A stretch of 64,000 nucleotides of DNA from Tubiluchus corallicola (taxonomy: Eukaryota; Animalia; Priapulida). The notes below the pieces were generated by a model. It was not told the DNA's origin and ran no database searches. It saw only the letters and a list, made by a program, of their open reading frames with translations. The stretch's first letter is position 1, and the number at the start of each line of letters is the position of its first letter. Both the position numbers and the translations under genes were made by a program. This document shows positions 13,481 through 26,768 of the stretch, in pieces. Location of the stretch: the NCBI GenBank assembly GCA_030141605.1, contig JAQGDQ010000682.1:49367-113366 (forward strand), in the 5' to 3' direction.

Positions 13481-14072
13481 TCATTTGCTTCAGTTTAATA
13501 TTTATTTGTCTCGCGTGAGGCGTGATTTACTTACAAGCTCAAGATAACAAGATAGAGGCTTCTCAAATAAGCGTGTTATTCTCCATTTCTTGAGGAATAG
13601 TTTCTGCATGAGTCAGTGTTTTAAATTTATACATTTTAATTGAAGTAGAAAATTAAATTATCTATTAAGTTGATGATAAATCCTGCTTACTCAAGCAAGA
13701 TGTTATACACAGCCCTATGTGTATTGATTTTTTAATGTTGTTATACATTTATGTTGGTTTTTTAAGACAAAACTTTTTTATGCAGCTTAAGCATGTGTGT
13801 TTAGTCAGATGGAGTCACTCACTGAATCTAACATCCTACATCTCTATTACAGACTTGCGAATTTGCTGGCATTTATGTAGAGTCTTGCACCATTTTGCTT
13901 GGTAATATTGTATGGTTTTGCTGATTTTGTTTGCTATGAAAATGGACTTGGTTTTATCAGTGCATCTGCACACAAGTATGCTAGGTGGAGTAATATTAGT
14001 CCAGCACTTGTTCAATATTGACGTTGCCAATTGGTTTCTGTCTCCAAATTGACAGTAAAAGTAAAATGTAGC

Positions 14073-15475
14073 TATGTTCAGTATCGGGACAGGGACTCAA
14101 GCTAATGTTCAGTATCAGGACAGGGACTCTAGCTAATGCTCAGCTTCAGGACAGGTACTCGAGCTAATGTTCAGCATCAGGACAGGTACTCGAGCTAATG
14201 TTCAGCATCAGGACAGGGACACGTCAATGTTCAGCATCAGGACAGGGACACAGCAATGTTCAGCATCAGGACAGGGACACAGCAATGTTCAGCATCAGGA
14301 CAGGGACTCTAGCTAATGTTCAGCATCAGGACAGGGACACAGCAACTGATGTTCAGCATCAGGACAGGGACTCTAGCTAATGTTCAGCATCAGGACAGGG
14401 ACTCTAGCTAATGTTCAGCATCAGGACAGGGACACAGCAATGTTCAGCATCAGGACAGGGACACAGCAATGTTCAGCATCAGGGCAGGGACAGTAACTGA
14501 TGTTCAGCATGTTCAGCATCAGGACAGGGGCACATCAGTGTTCAGCATCAGGACAGGGACACGTCAATGTTCAGCATCAGGGCAGGGACACAGCAATGTT
14601 CAGCATCAGGACAGGGACACGTCAATGTTCAGCATCAGGTCAGGGGCACGTCAATGTTCAGCATCGGGACAGGGACACGTCAATGTTCAGCATCAGGGCA
14701 GGGGCACGTCAATGTTCAGCATCGGGACAGGGACACGTCAATGTTCAGCATCAGGACAGGGACACGTCAATGTTCAGCATCAGGACAGGGACATGTCAAT
14801 GTTCAGCATCAGGGCAGGGACAGCAATGTTCAGCATCAGGACAGGGACACGTCAATGTTCAGCATCAGGGCAGGGGCACGTCAATGTTCAGCATCGGGAC
14901 AGGGACACGTCAATGTTCAGCATCGGGGCAGGGACAGCAATGTTCAGCATCAGGGCAGGGACAGTAACTGATGTTCAGCATCAGGACAGGGACACGTCAA
15001 TGTTCAGCATCAGGACAGGGACACGTCAATGTTCAGCATCAGGGCAGGGACAGCAATGTTCAGCATCAGGACAGGGACACGTCAATGTTCAGCATCAGGA
15101 CAGGGACACGTCAATGTTCAGCATCAGGGCAGGGACAGCAATGTTCAGCATCAGGACAGGGACACGTCAATGTTCAGCATCAGGACAGGGACACGTCAAT
15201 GTTCAGCATCAGGGCAGGGACAGCAATGTTCAGCATCAGGACAGGGACACGTCAATGTTCAGCATCAGGACAGGGACACGTCAATGTTCAGCATCAGGGC
15301 GGGCAGGGACAGTAACTGATGTTCAGCATCAGGACAGGGACACGTCAATGTTCAGCATCAGGACAGGGGCACGTCAATGTTCAGCATCGGGACAGGGACA
15401 CATCAATGTTCAGCATCAGGACAGGGACACGTCAATGTTCAGCATCAGGGCGGGCAGGGACACAGCAATGTTCAC
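14073..15475. repeat. Minisatellite, ~29-bp unit (aatgttcagcatcaggacagggacacgtc), ~48 copies
   Basis: Directly visible; 27-33-bp unit variants. Confidence 0.97.
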
Positions 15476-16675
15476 CATCTTGTAAACTCTATAGCTCTAC
15501 TAGTGAGGCTCAATGTCCAGGCCAGAGTTTCCAGTTTTCACCAAATTTCTACTGATCACCATATATTACTTTTTAATGTAATTTAGCACATGTCAAGTTA
15601 TGTACAAAATCATTATTAGTGAGGAATTAGGCGAGTGGCCACAATTGAAATTAAACAATATTGAGCATGGTCAATAAGTGGATAGGTGAAGACCAGGGAA
15701 AGTGTACCCTAATGTGAAGCTTACTTATTTTCCTGCTGGATCTGATGGGGCCAGGAACTTATACTGCTTTACACTGATAAGTATTAATTATGAATGTGTG
15801 GCAGGTAGCGTAAGATATTACTCATTGGAATTTTATTATCTTTGAACCCATTTGGAAAATTTTAGGTGATATTCTCAACTCAGAAAACTGGGAACCTTAA
15901 TGATTCTTACATGTTTGGAGTTGGTAACTTTGTGTTAATTGTAAAAGACAAACAGACAAATCACTGCCCGTCATTAAGAGAATAGCAACAGCAGTGATGA
16001 CGACAACGGCGACTATTGCAATAAAATCAACAACAAAACTATTGTTCCCATAATGCACTGGTGTATCACTGATGAGTTAGTGCAGGGTTAGTGTCAGTAT
16101 CATTTATTTTTTCCATGCAGAAGGTGTAATAACTGTTAATTAATTAAAATATACGGTTTCACGATGAACAAACAAAGATGTTGTATGCTTGATCTATGTT
16201 TATCCATTGTTGCTATGTCCCGCAACGTAGCAAGTTCACGAAGAGATCAAAATTTGTCCTTGTTTGGTTTTTGCATGCTCGGCAAATCAGGTCACGCACG
16301 GTTAAACCGGCTCAAACACTTATACCTGGGGTCTTTGTATTGTGTGTGTGGTTTACCTGTACGTACACAGCTGTGGTGCTACAGCAGCGTATAGGAGTGT
16401 CTACATTCACTTTTCTCAATGGTTGAAGTATGGCGTAGTTGAACTAAATGATGAAGCAATGATTTAATGTTTACGATATTTTATAGTCCAAGACGATAAA
16501 GTCTTTTTAACTAGTGCGAAGTTTACTGTATCTGAATTGCAGACAGTGTGATGCAGGCATCATATAATAAATTAGGCATTGTGATTTCCAATTGATAACA
16601 GTATGCTGGATAATTTTTCGATTAGATGATATTTGTAATTAAATTTAATTATTTTGAATACCACAACCTGACATA

Positions 16676-17893
16676 ATGTGGTTCATTCTTTGTGGGTGTC
16701 TACTATCTTTGACGACTAGTACTGTACATGGAAGTCTAACGTGTAGTTTTGAGCTTTCGCGCTGTTTTTGTTCATCTGATAATGTCATCAACTGCACAGA
16801 CGTAGACTTGTCCAAGGAAGTGTTCGATCACGTGCCGTGGGAGACATCCAGAGGAATTTTTGTGGGAAACAACTTTCAGACGTTACCCTCGCCTTTATTT
16901 GGCTTTGGGAGCGATTATCCAGGTTTAGAACAGCTAGACTTGTCGCGAAACAACATAGAAGAAATTCAACCAATGACGTTTCATGGTATGCCTGAGTTGC
17001 AGGTGCTGCAGTTGTCCAATAACTCCATTGTTCGCGATTTACCATCGGGACTATTCGGTGAACTGAAGTCCAGTTTGAGGACGTTGAAGATGCGTGCTGC
17101 ATTCAGTGGTTCTTTCCGGCCAAACCTCCAAAAAGTGTTTGGCAACAAAACCATGCGCAACTTGGCATATTTGGAGTTATCATATAACAATGTTATCAAC
17201 GTCAGTGGTCATTCGCATCAACGTAAGAAATCATCAGCCAGTGCAGACAATTTCATTTGCAATAATTTGCCGAATCTCCATTACCTAGATCTGTCTAACA
17301 ATGCCCTGCATTCTCTGCATGTTAATGCCTCCTGCTTGCAGAATCTTGTAGAACTTGACCTGTCCCGTAACCGTATCCACCGCCTTGACTCTGTAGATAT
17401 TGAGACTCTTATGTCCCCTTCTTTGAATTTGCGCAAACTAAAGATTCACAATAACCCATTCATCTGCGATTGTCGCGCCGCCATGTTCTTGGAATGGTTT
17501 CAGGCCGGGGAGTACCAGTTCCGAATTGAACACAGAGAGGCTTTACAATGCAAACGCGCACTGCCCTCTTCTTATGCGAATGCTCCTCTAATGAAAGTTC
17601 CGGTGCGTGCTTTACAGTGTGAAATTGAGGATGAACATCGAGGGGAATTCAAGACGCATCATGCTGTTGGCAAGCTTCCTGTAAAAAAAGATCTTCCTAA
17701 TGCAGTCATTGGCATTTGCGTCACCCTGCTTATTGTTATAGCGGGATCCATGTTTTTTGTCATTAGGAGGGATATAGCTAAACGCACGCTGAAGATGATA
17801 ATGCCATTTTCTAAAAAGTACAGGTCGCTTGAAAGTGAAGATGTGTTTTGTCCAACAACGGAACCCACAGAAGAGACAGTATTTAGTGTGTAG
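16676..17893 (+). CDS. Leucine-rich-repeat type-I membrane protein, trophoblast glycoprotein (TPBG/5T4/WAIF)-like, 405 aa
   Basis: Signal peptide; LRRNT (CSFELSRCFCSSDNVINC); LxxLDLSxNxI repeats; LRRCT (NPFICDC...C...C); TM helix AVIGICVTLLIVIAGSMFFVI; short tail ending TVFSV. Confidence 0.9.
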   Translation: MWFILCGCLLSLTTSTVHGSLTCSFELSRCFCSSDNVINCTDVDLSKEVFDHVPWETSRGIFVGNNFQTLPSPLFGFGSDYPGLEQLDLSRNNIEEIQPMTFHGMPELQVLQLSNNSIVRDLPSGLFGELKSSLRTLKMRAAFSGSFRPNLQKVFGNKTMRNLAYLELSYNNVINVSGHSHQRKKSSASADNFICNNLPNLHYLDLSNNALHSLHVNASCLQNLVELDLSRNRIHRLDSVDIETLMSPSLNLRKLKIHNNPFICDCRAAMFLEWFQAGEYQFRIEHREALQCKRALPSSYANAPLMKVPVRALQCEIEDEHRGEFKTHHAVGKLPVKKDLPNAVIGICVTLLIVIAGSMFFVIRRDIAKRTLKMIMPFSKKYRSLESEDVFCPTTEPTEETVFSV

Positions 17894-17990
17894 ATGATGC
17901 CATTTTCTAAAAAGTACAGGTCGCTTGAAAGTGAAGATGTGTTTTGTCCAACAACGGAACCCACAGAAGAGACAGTATTTAGTGTGTAGA
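17801..17990 (+). repeat. Tandem duplication (96-bp period) of the LRR gene 3' end including the stop codon
   Basis: atgccattttctaaaaag...agtgtgtaga at 17801-17894 and 17897-17990, identical. Confidence 0.97.
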
Positions 17991-19334
17991 CTGTGTAGAA
18001 TTTTTGAGAAACACGAAATGTCATCAGTTTTTAATGTATAGAGTTTTCGATAAATGTGTCGTACCATTACCTAGAACTGAATCTATTGAAGATATGTGGT
18101 TTTTAATGTATAGAGTTTTTGACAGACCTGTCATGCTATTGTCAACAACTGAGTCTATTGAACATATGGTTTTTAATGTGTAGCGTTTTTGAGAAACAAG
18201 TCATACTATTACCGACAAGTGAATCTAGCGAAGACACAGCGTAGAGTTTATGTAGGACCTGTCATATAGTTACAAGAAAAACTTATGGTGCTATAAAGTC
18301 TCTTGAAAGTGAGAAAAAAGACTGGTTATGTGAATGTGATCTGGATTTGACAATTGTAAGCATCTCATTTGCTTGTCACTTTAATTATATGTAGTCTAGT
18401 CTTGGGTTTTGTTAAAATTTAATAATGAAATTATTTGATGGCAACACTGTTGCTAAGTTTTGTTTTTCTGATTAACTCTTCACTTGTTTGCAATAACTAT
18501 GAACCTTTACCTGGAACGTGACGATGATCTGTCTTGCAATACTTCAATTTAGTAGATCTAACTGAGTTTTGATATGAGAGGAATTTGTTATGGAAACAGG
18601 TGTTGCTGTTATACTTATTAATGAACTAAAATTGTTGAATATTTCATGACTGCGCCCAGTTGGTGGAATATTAATTAATGAATATATAATTACATGCTGA
18701 AAGTATCTGCATTAGTTTAAAAGCTATTTAAATAAAATGATAGGCATTGGAAATTTTAACAAATTTATTTTATTTATATTTCAGATATATAGTTTGTATG
18801 ATGAAATATTTTTTGTGAAAAATAAACAATTAATCCTTACAAAATAAAACTGGTAATTGTTAATTTGTCAGTTTTTCTTAAGGCAGCTTAATCTTATTCA
18901 AACTTCATTATTACTTATGATGAATCAAGTTATGATGTATTTTGATGTGTACTGTTTATTTATGTATTTAGTATTACGATGTATAATATACATTCAGTTT
19001 CATCATTTGTCGTACTTATTCTGTTGGCAAATTAAACGAAAACTTCTTAGTATCACGTGTTGTGTAATATGTTGTAAACCCTTGGTTGATTAAAATGTAT
19101 CTTGGGTTTAAATGACAGTTTGATAGTCTTTGATTTCTGTTGCGGCATGTTGCGTGCACTTGTGTTAGTGAAAATGTCTTGGACAAAATGTGTCCCTTTG
19201 TTCGCTCTCTACACACTTTCTCACTCTTCATAAAAGATCTATTGATTTTAGTCAATACAGACAGTCACAATTGCTGTAAACGCTGGTCCCGGTTGCAGAA
19301 TATTCACCAGACTACACAGGAGAGCTTGGTTTTG

Positions 19335-20695
19335 AAAGCTGTAACTGGGTGCAACTGGATAAGTGACCCACAGGTTTGATTGCTCTAGTTGCAGAGATGC
19401 CCCACATATTTTAGATGCAACAAAAGTGTTCAAAGCATAGTGTCTGTGATGGTGAATGTTAGTTGTTGATGTTGAATTAATTCAGTGGAAATGATCTAGA
19501 GCTGTTTGATGCTGTCCTTGTATTGTAACTGGATAAGTGACCTGCAGGTTTGATTGCTCTAGTTGCAGAGATGCCCCGCATATTTTAAATGCTACAGAAG
19601 TGTTCAAAGCATAGTGTCTGTGATGTTGATTGTTAGTTTTTGATGTTGAATTCAGTGGAAATGATCTAGAGCTGATTGATGCTGTCCTTGTGTTGTAACT
19701 GGATAAGTGACTTGCAGGTTTGATTGCTCTAGTTGCAGAGATGCCCCACAAAATGCTACAGAAGTGTTCAAAGCATAGTGTCTGTGATGTTGATTGTTAG
19801 TTTTTGATGTTGAATTCAGTGGAAATGATCTAGAGCTGATTGATGCTGTCCTTGTGTTGTAACTGGATAAGTGACTTGCAGGTTTGATTGCTCTAGTTGC
19901 AGAGATGCCCCACATATTTTAAATGCTACAGAAGTGTTCAGAGCATAGTGTCTGTGATGTTGATTGTTAGTTTTTGATGTTGAATTCAGTGGAAATGATC
20001 TAGAGCTGATTGATGCTGTCCTTGTGTTGTAACTGGATAAGTGACTTGCAGGTTTGATTGCTCTAGTTGCAGAGATGCCCCACATATTTTAAATGCTACA
20101 GAAGTGTTCAGAGCATAGTGTTTGTGATGTTGATTGTTAGTTTTTGATGTTGAATTCAGTGGAAATGGTCTAGAGCTGTTTGATGCTGTTCTTGTATTGT
20201 AACTGGATAAGTGACCTGCAGGTTTGATTGCTCTGGTCGCAGAGATGCCCGAGATATTTTAGATGCAACAAAAGTGTTCAAAGCATAGTGTCTGTGATGG
20301 TGAATGTTAGTTGTTGATGTTGAATTAATTCAGTGGAAATGATCTAGAGCTGTTTGATGCTGTCCTTGTATTGTAACTGGATAAGTGACCCGCAGGTTTG
20401 ATTGCTCTGGTCGCAGAGATGCCCGAGATATTTTAGATGCAACAAAAGTGTTCAAAGCATAGTGTCTGTGATGTTCAATGTTAGTTGTTGATGTTGAATT
20501 AATTCAGTGGAAATGATCTAGAGCTGTATGATGCTGTCCTTGTATTGTAACTGGATAAGTGACCTGCAGGTTTGATTGCTCTGGTCGCAGAGATGCCGCA
20601 CATGCAACAGAAGTGTTTAAAGCATAGTGTTTTTGATGTTGAATTCAGTGGAAATGGTCTAGGGGTGATTGATGCTGTCCTTGTATTGTAACTGA
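19335..20695. repeat. Tandem repeat, ~170-bp unit, ~8 copies, probably derived from a LINE 3' coding end
   Basis: aactggataagtgac recurs every ~164-175 bp; minus strand reads SHLSSYNTRTAS..., like the HSYNTR motif of CR1/L2 ORF2. Confidence 0.9.
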
Positions 20696-22765
20696 TTCTT
20701 TCTCACTTGTATTTACAGTATATTTTTAAACAAGTACGTCGAAAGGGACACAAATCACTATTGGATTTCACTTTTATTTGAGATGCTTTCTTATGTTTTT
20801 TCCATAATATTTATAGTGTGACACAAAATTCTGCATAAGCATATAGTACGTAAAGAATTAAGCAAAAATAATTCCCGAATTTTTCTTACACACAAACAAT
20901 TTTCAGCAAAATTAAATGCATTTCGTGGATCCTGAAAATGGCTTAAAACATTGTTTTACAGTCTATCATGGATTGTTACAGTGATAAACGATTAACCAAG
21001 TAACATAAGTGGTCGGTGGAAGGATCAGTGTTAATATTGCATCTTTTGCTGATGGTTTGTAGTGAATAACGACTTGGTCTGTTTAGTGAAGAGAAAATTA
21101 AGTTTTTAATCATACGTTTAAGAGTGCAATTATGCAAATCTGTTTCAGTTTTTATAGTTTATGATATATAGTGGATTCGTAGTTATATAATAGTTGGCAG
21201 TGTGAACAGTGTCTCATTGGTCATTGAAAGTTTCTTGCTACACTAAACCTCTCAAGATGGTAGTTTCGATGCTTCCTAAATGAAGACGGTTTATTCACAG
21301 TTTTCCTTTCGCGGCTGCTTCTCATCGTTTTACCTTAGACATTCTTAGGTGTAGAACAGCAGTTTGTAAATTCAGTTTTCCTTCGGACTTCTTATCTGTG
21401 TATTTCGCTACCAAGAATTGTTTCCCTGAAACTGCAATCGCACTCAGTTAATAAGGAATATTAAAACCTACCTCGAATGATCCTAGTTAATTAGACCTGA
21501 ATTTCCTGCTTTGGTATTTCGAATATTTTAGACGTAGCCCCTTATTCGGAGCACCACTGGATTTGTATAAAAACTGCTCTGAAATGAATCTGACTCTCCC
21601 GTGCCGTTCATTAATCTGTGTACGTGCTAATTGGCAATTACTTTAAATTAGAATTTCACTTCAACGTTGCCTGTCCAGTGGGAATTGAAATTGTATTGAT
21701 TTTGCCTGGCCGTGTGTTAGGCGATTTTACTGTATGCTAATAAACAATGAATCAATGACAGTTCTGCCGTTCAATCAGCATGAATTTTCTATGTTGCAAT
21801 AATTCATATTCGTGGAACGAGGCAGATTTATTGTCAATCTTACATAGTTTTTTCATGGTTAAGCTGCAATGAAAGTCGTGTTAGGAGTTACTGACATGTA
21901 TGACTGATTAATCGTAATAAAACTGATAGAATTATTGAAACTTTTGAAAGATGACTGCGTTAAGATTGTAGAATGCATTTATTTAACGGCCGTTTTCACA
22001 AAATACAGATACAGAATAATTTATGTGTCTCAGTAACATAATCAACGTAGCATTAACAAATGATGTGATTACTAAGAGAGACAGGGTGGCAAAAAGACCG
22101 CAAGGTCATCAAGTCTACCACCCTTCTACTAATTTAATAACAAAACTCTACTTAGATTAGTACTGTGAGCTATGTAATTTGAACTATAATGTAAATGTAA
22201 AGTAAATTATTATATTTTATCTAAAGCACTATTCTTATATAGCAGCAGTTGTTAGTAGCGCATGCATATGTTATACTTGCATAGCTGGATTAGTCAGTAA
22301 TACGTGAAAATAATTTTAAGTTACAAATTAAAACTTAATCAACATTTTCTCATATAGCATAACTGTTAATTGATTCTGACCACATGCAGCCATAAGCATA
22401 GCGAGGGCATGCACCACTTATCACAGGTTTGACTATAAATGTTTCACTAAATTCACATCTGAAACTGAATAACCATCCATGTGTAACGTAATGCCATAAG
22501 GTCATTTTCGATATTTTATCTGAAATCTTAAGCATTTGGAAATATTAACCAACACAATTAACAGGACGTAATATAATTAACGAGCATAGAATTACAAATC
22601 AAATTATAGCTTAAGATGATTATTAATAAACAAAATGAAATATTAGCCCAGTGGTTACTTTCACAGACATTAAAAACAATAGGATATATTTACAAGTAAT
22701 GTATAATATAAAATAGTGTACACCCTTCACACATAACCACTTACACTCTCAGACTTGCGCAGATA

Positions 22766-23417
22766 CGGGCACGTAGCCACGGGAGCCTGGGCGATGGTTC
22801 CCATTAAACAATTGATGAATTAACGAATAAACAACAGTTCATTTAGTGCGCTAACGTCTTTATTTGTTATATTTTCTCTTTCAAAAGCTTTTTTGTGGTT
22901 AAGCTTTTAAAATACTATCTATATGCTTCTTTCAGAGCTTCTGAAAGCATGTGACAAACAACAGTTTCCTATATGGTTATATTCACTGTTGACAACAAGT
23001 GTTGTCATTCCAGCGTCAACAACCACACCAGAAATAACTTTCTCTGCCCTACGTCTGTTGAAAACTTTCATTCACAGCAGACTTGGGGAAGAGAGGCTAA
23101 ACGACTTAGCCCACATGTATCTGAGCAACGACGAAATAGACATCGAAAAAAGTTTGCTGACCACAAAAATAGGCGCATTATTTTATGAATTACAGTTACA
23201 AATAATTTTGTAATTTATTCTATTGTAATTACAATGTACTTATAAGTAATCTTTACTTTTAATAAAACTTGAAACAAAACGTTAATTTTAACTTTACATG
23301 GCGAACTCAATTTGTATACGAGGTACGGCAGTGCAAACTGCATTGGACTATAGACTATACAGCACATGTATTACTGCCCCCCACACACACACATATAAAT
23401 TCCTGACTACATGCCTG
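22766..23417 (+). mobile_element. hAT deletion derivative with transposase dimerization-domain remnant
   Basis: TIRs cgggcacgtagcca / tgactacatgcctg; 8-bp TSD cgcagata / cgctgata; 22923-23213 encodes IPASTTTPEITFSALRLLKTFIHSRLGEERLNDLA (hAT C-terminal dimerization motif). Confidence 0.88.
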
Positions 23418-24408
23418 CGCTGATACTACAGTTTTCAGTCACTTTAATGCACGCATCCACTCCAATACACTCACTCACGCATTTATTCTCACGCACCCCA
23501 TTCGCCTATGTAAAATTTACACACATTATAATTACGTAAAGTTGGTTTCTAGGTGTCTAGATCTAGATTTTGCCGTATGAGCTTATAGGAGAAAGTTCTG
23601 ATTTTGAAAAAATCCCAAATAAAGGGAGATGCAATATATATTATAATATAAATATAAATAAAAATAAATAAATATATATATACACATAAATGTATATTAT
23701 ATGCAATATAATACAATATATATTGTCTTTATAACTTTAAAAACGAAAAGTATAATCGCTTTGCAACAGAAATTGTTTCTATGTGATTATGTGTCGTTAT
23801 AATTTGAGTATGTATCTTTTCAAGTTGTTTATGTATGTTTGCAATTTGTTATGCTCGTATTTACAATTTCGCTATACGTATCTTCACAGCTTGGTTTATG
23901 CAATGGCTACCGAGTTTTTAAGTTTTGAACGTATTTTTGGTGAACAGAAGTGATGTGTTCAAATAGGGTTAACACCTCGTCACGAATCGAAATCAGGGGT
24001 TAAGAGTCAGCTAGGCGGTCGGGGTCTGGGACGAAGCCGTGGGATCCAACTTTTTTCCTGTATTTTAGACGTTTTAGGAAGCCCTAAAAGCGTAAAATTT
24101 ACAAGTCTTTCTAATCTAAGTCTTGTGTCCCAGTCTCACAACTACGTTTCTTACGTTTTTGAAATTTCCGGAGATAGATGGTTTATGTTAAGTGAATTGA
24201 AGCTAAACCGAAAGAATATTTGCGTTGCAGCACTCTAGCAAAAGTTGGCGGAAAATGTAGACAAAGTTAAATGATGAAGCTATGTAAGTTCACTATTTTA
24301 CTTAACAAAGATTCTGCTCTTTTAGCTTGGCCAAATATCTCCGTTTTTCTACTTAAATTTTAATGTGATGATCGAAATCGGGAGATTTCAGATTTCAAAA
24401 ATCCGACC

Positions 24409-24867
24409 GAACAATGGATGTATGGCTGAACAATGAATGTATGGCTGAACAATGAATGTATGGCTGAACAATGGATGTATGGCTGAACAATGAATGTATG
24501 GCTGAACAATGAATGTATGGCTGAACAATGAATGTATGGCTGAACAATGAATGTATGGCTGAACAATGAATGTATGGCTGAACAATGGATGTATGGCTGA
24601 ACAATGAATGTATGGCTGAACAATGGATGTATGGCTGAACAATGGATGTATGGCTGAACAATGGATGTATGGCTGAACAATGGATGTATGGCTGAACAAT
24701 GGATGTATGGCTGAACAATGAATGTATGGCTGAACAATGGATGTATGGCTGAACAATGGATGTATGGCTGAACAATGGATGTATGGCTGAACAATGGATG
24801 TATGGCTGAACAATGGATGTATGGCTGAACAATGGATGTATGGCTGAACAATGGATGTATGGCTGAA
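24409..24867. repeat. Minisatellite, 19-bp unit (gaacaatgRatgtatggct), ~24 copies
   Basis: Directly visible; a single G/A variable position. Confidence 0.97.
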
Positions 24868-25182
24868 TTTCAGGAAACTTCTGGTAAAGATTACGAGTGT
24901 TGGCAACTTTAAGTTTAAGTGATGACTTCTCAGATTGCCTATAGCGTCTACAGTTGTTAGAAGTTTTAACTGGCCACATTTGTACTTGGTCAATGGCATT
25001 ATTGTACTCAAGTTACGCACTGCGCCTGGAGATAGCTTGGCTAATGTTGCAAACAAATTGGTAAGATTGGCCTCAAATTCACTTTAAGCAAACAGTCAAT
25101 ACGATGACAGTGTATTCGACTGCAGTGAATCTTTCAAGCACATGACAGGTTAAACTGATGTCAGCGTGACATGTTTAGTTTT

Positions 25183-26768
25183 ACACTGTCATGTTACATT
25201 AAGTTCAGGGGTGCACTGCTACCGGAGGGGGGCACCAGTCCACACAATACACTGTCATGTTACATTAAGTTCAGGGGTGCACTGCTACCGGACGGGGGCA
25301 CCAGTCCACACAATACACTGTCATGTTACATTAAGTTCAGGGGTGCACTGCTACCGGACTGGGGCACCGGTGCACTCAACACACTGTCATGTTACATTAA
25401 GTTCAGGGGTGCACTGCTACCGGACGGGGGCACCAGTGCACACAATACACTGTCATGTTACATTAAGTTCAGGGGTGCACTGCTACCGGACGGGGGCACC
25501 AGTCCACACAATACACTGTCATGTTACATTAAGTTCAGGGGTGCACTGCTACCGGACGGGGGCACCAGTCCACACAATACACTGTCATGTTACCTTAAGT
25601 TCAGGGGTGCACTGCTGCCGGACTGGGGCACCGGTCCACTCAACACACTGTCATGGTACATTAAGTTCAGGGGTGCACTGCTACCGGACGGGGGCACCGG
25701 TCCACACAATACACTGTCATGTTACATTAAGTTCAGGGGTGCACTGCTACCGGACGGGGGCACCAGTCCACACAATACACTGTCATGTTACATTAAGTTC
25801 AGGGGTGCACTGCTACTGGACGGGGGCACCAGTCCACACAATACACTGTCATGTTACCTTAAGTTCAGGGGTGCACTGCTGCCGGACGGGGGCACCGGTC
25901 CACTCAACACACTCTCATGGTACATTAAGTTCAGGGGTGCACTGCTACTGGACGGGGGCACCGGTCCACAGAATACACTCTCATGGTACATTAAGTTCAG
26001 GGGTGCACTGCTACTGGACGGGGGCACCGGTCCACAGAATACACTGTCATGTTACCTTAAGTTCAGGGGTGCACTGCTGCCGGACGGGGGCACCGGTCCA
26101 CTCAACACACTCTCATGGTACATTAAGTTCAGGGGTGCACTGCTACCGGATGGGGGCACCAGTCCACACAATACACTGTCATGTTACATTAAGTTCAGGG
26201 GTGCACTGCTACCGGACGGGGGCACCGGTCCACTCAACACACTCTCATGTTACATTAAGTTCAGGGGTGCACTGCTACCGGACGGGGGCACCGGTCCACT
26301 CAACACACTCTCATGTTACATTAAGTTCAGGGGTGCACTGCTACCGGACGGGGGCACCGGTCCACTCAACACACTCTCATGTTACATTAAGTTCAGGGGT
26401 GCACTGCTACCGGATGGGGGCACCAGTCCACACAATACACTGTCATGTTACATTAAGTTCAGGGGTGCACTGCTACCGGACGGGGGCACCGGTCCACTCA
26501 ACACACTCTCATGGTACATTAAGTTCAGGGGTGCACTGCTACCGGACGGGGGCACCGGTCCACAGAATACACTGTCATGTTACATTAAGTTCAGGGGTGC
26601 ACTGCTACCGGACGGGGGCACCGGTCCACAGAATACACTGTCATGTTACATTAAGTTCAGGGGTGCACTGCTACCGGACGGGGGCACCAGTCCACTCAAT
26701 ACACTGTCATGTTACATTAAGCTCACGGATGTCACTCTTATCGGATGGGTGCGCCGGTCGACACAATA
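25183..26768. repeat. Tandem repeat, 66-bp unit, ~24 copies (last one diverged)
   Basis: acactgtcatgttacattaagttcaggggtgcactgctaccggacgggggcaccagtccacacaat, period 66. Confidence 0.97.

Noticed and set aside
14073-15586. CRISPR-like appearance and multiple ORFs in the 29-bp array
   Set aside because: Units are contiguous with no unique spacers, there are no cas genes and the context is eukaryotic; the ORFs cycle through all frames of a stop-poor unit.
24360-25056. Three overlapping minus-strand ORFs
   Set aside because: Artefact of a stop-free 19-bp minisatellite.
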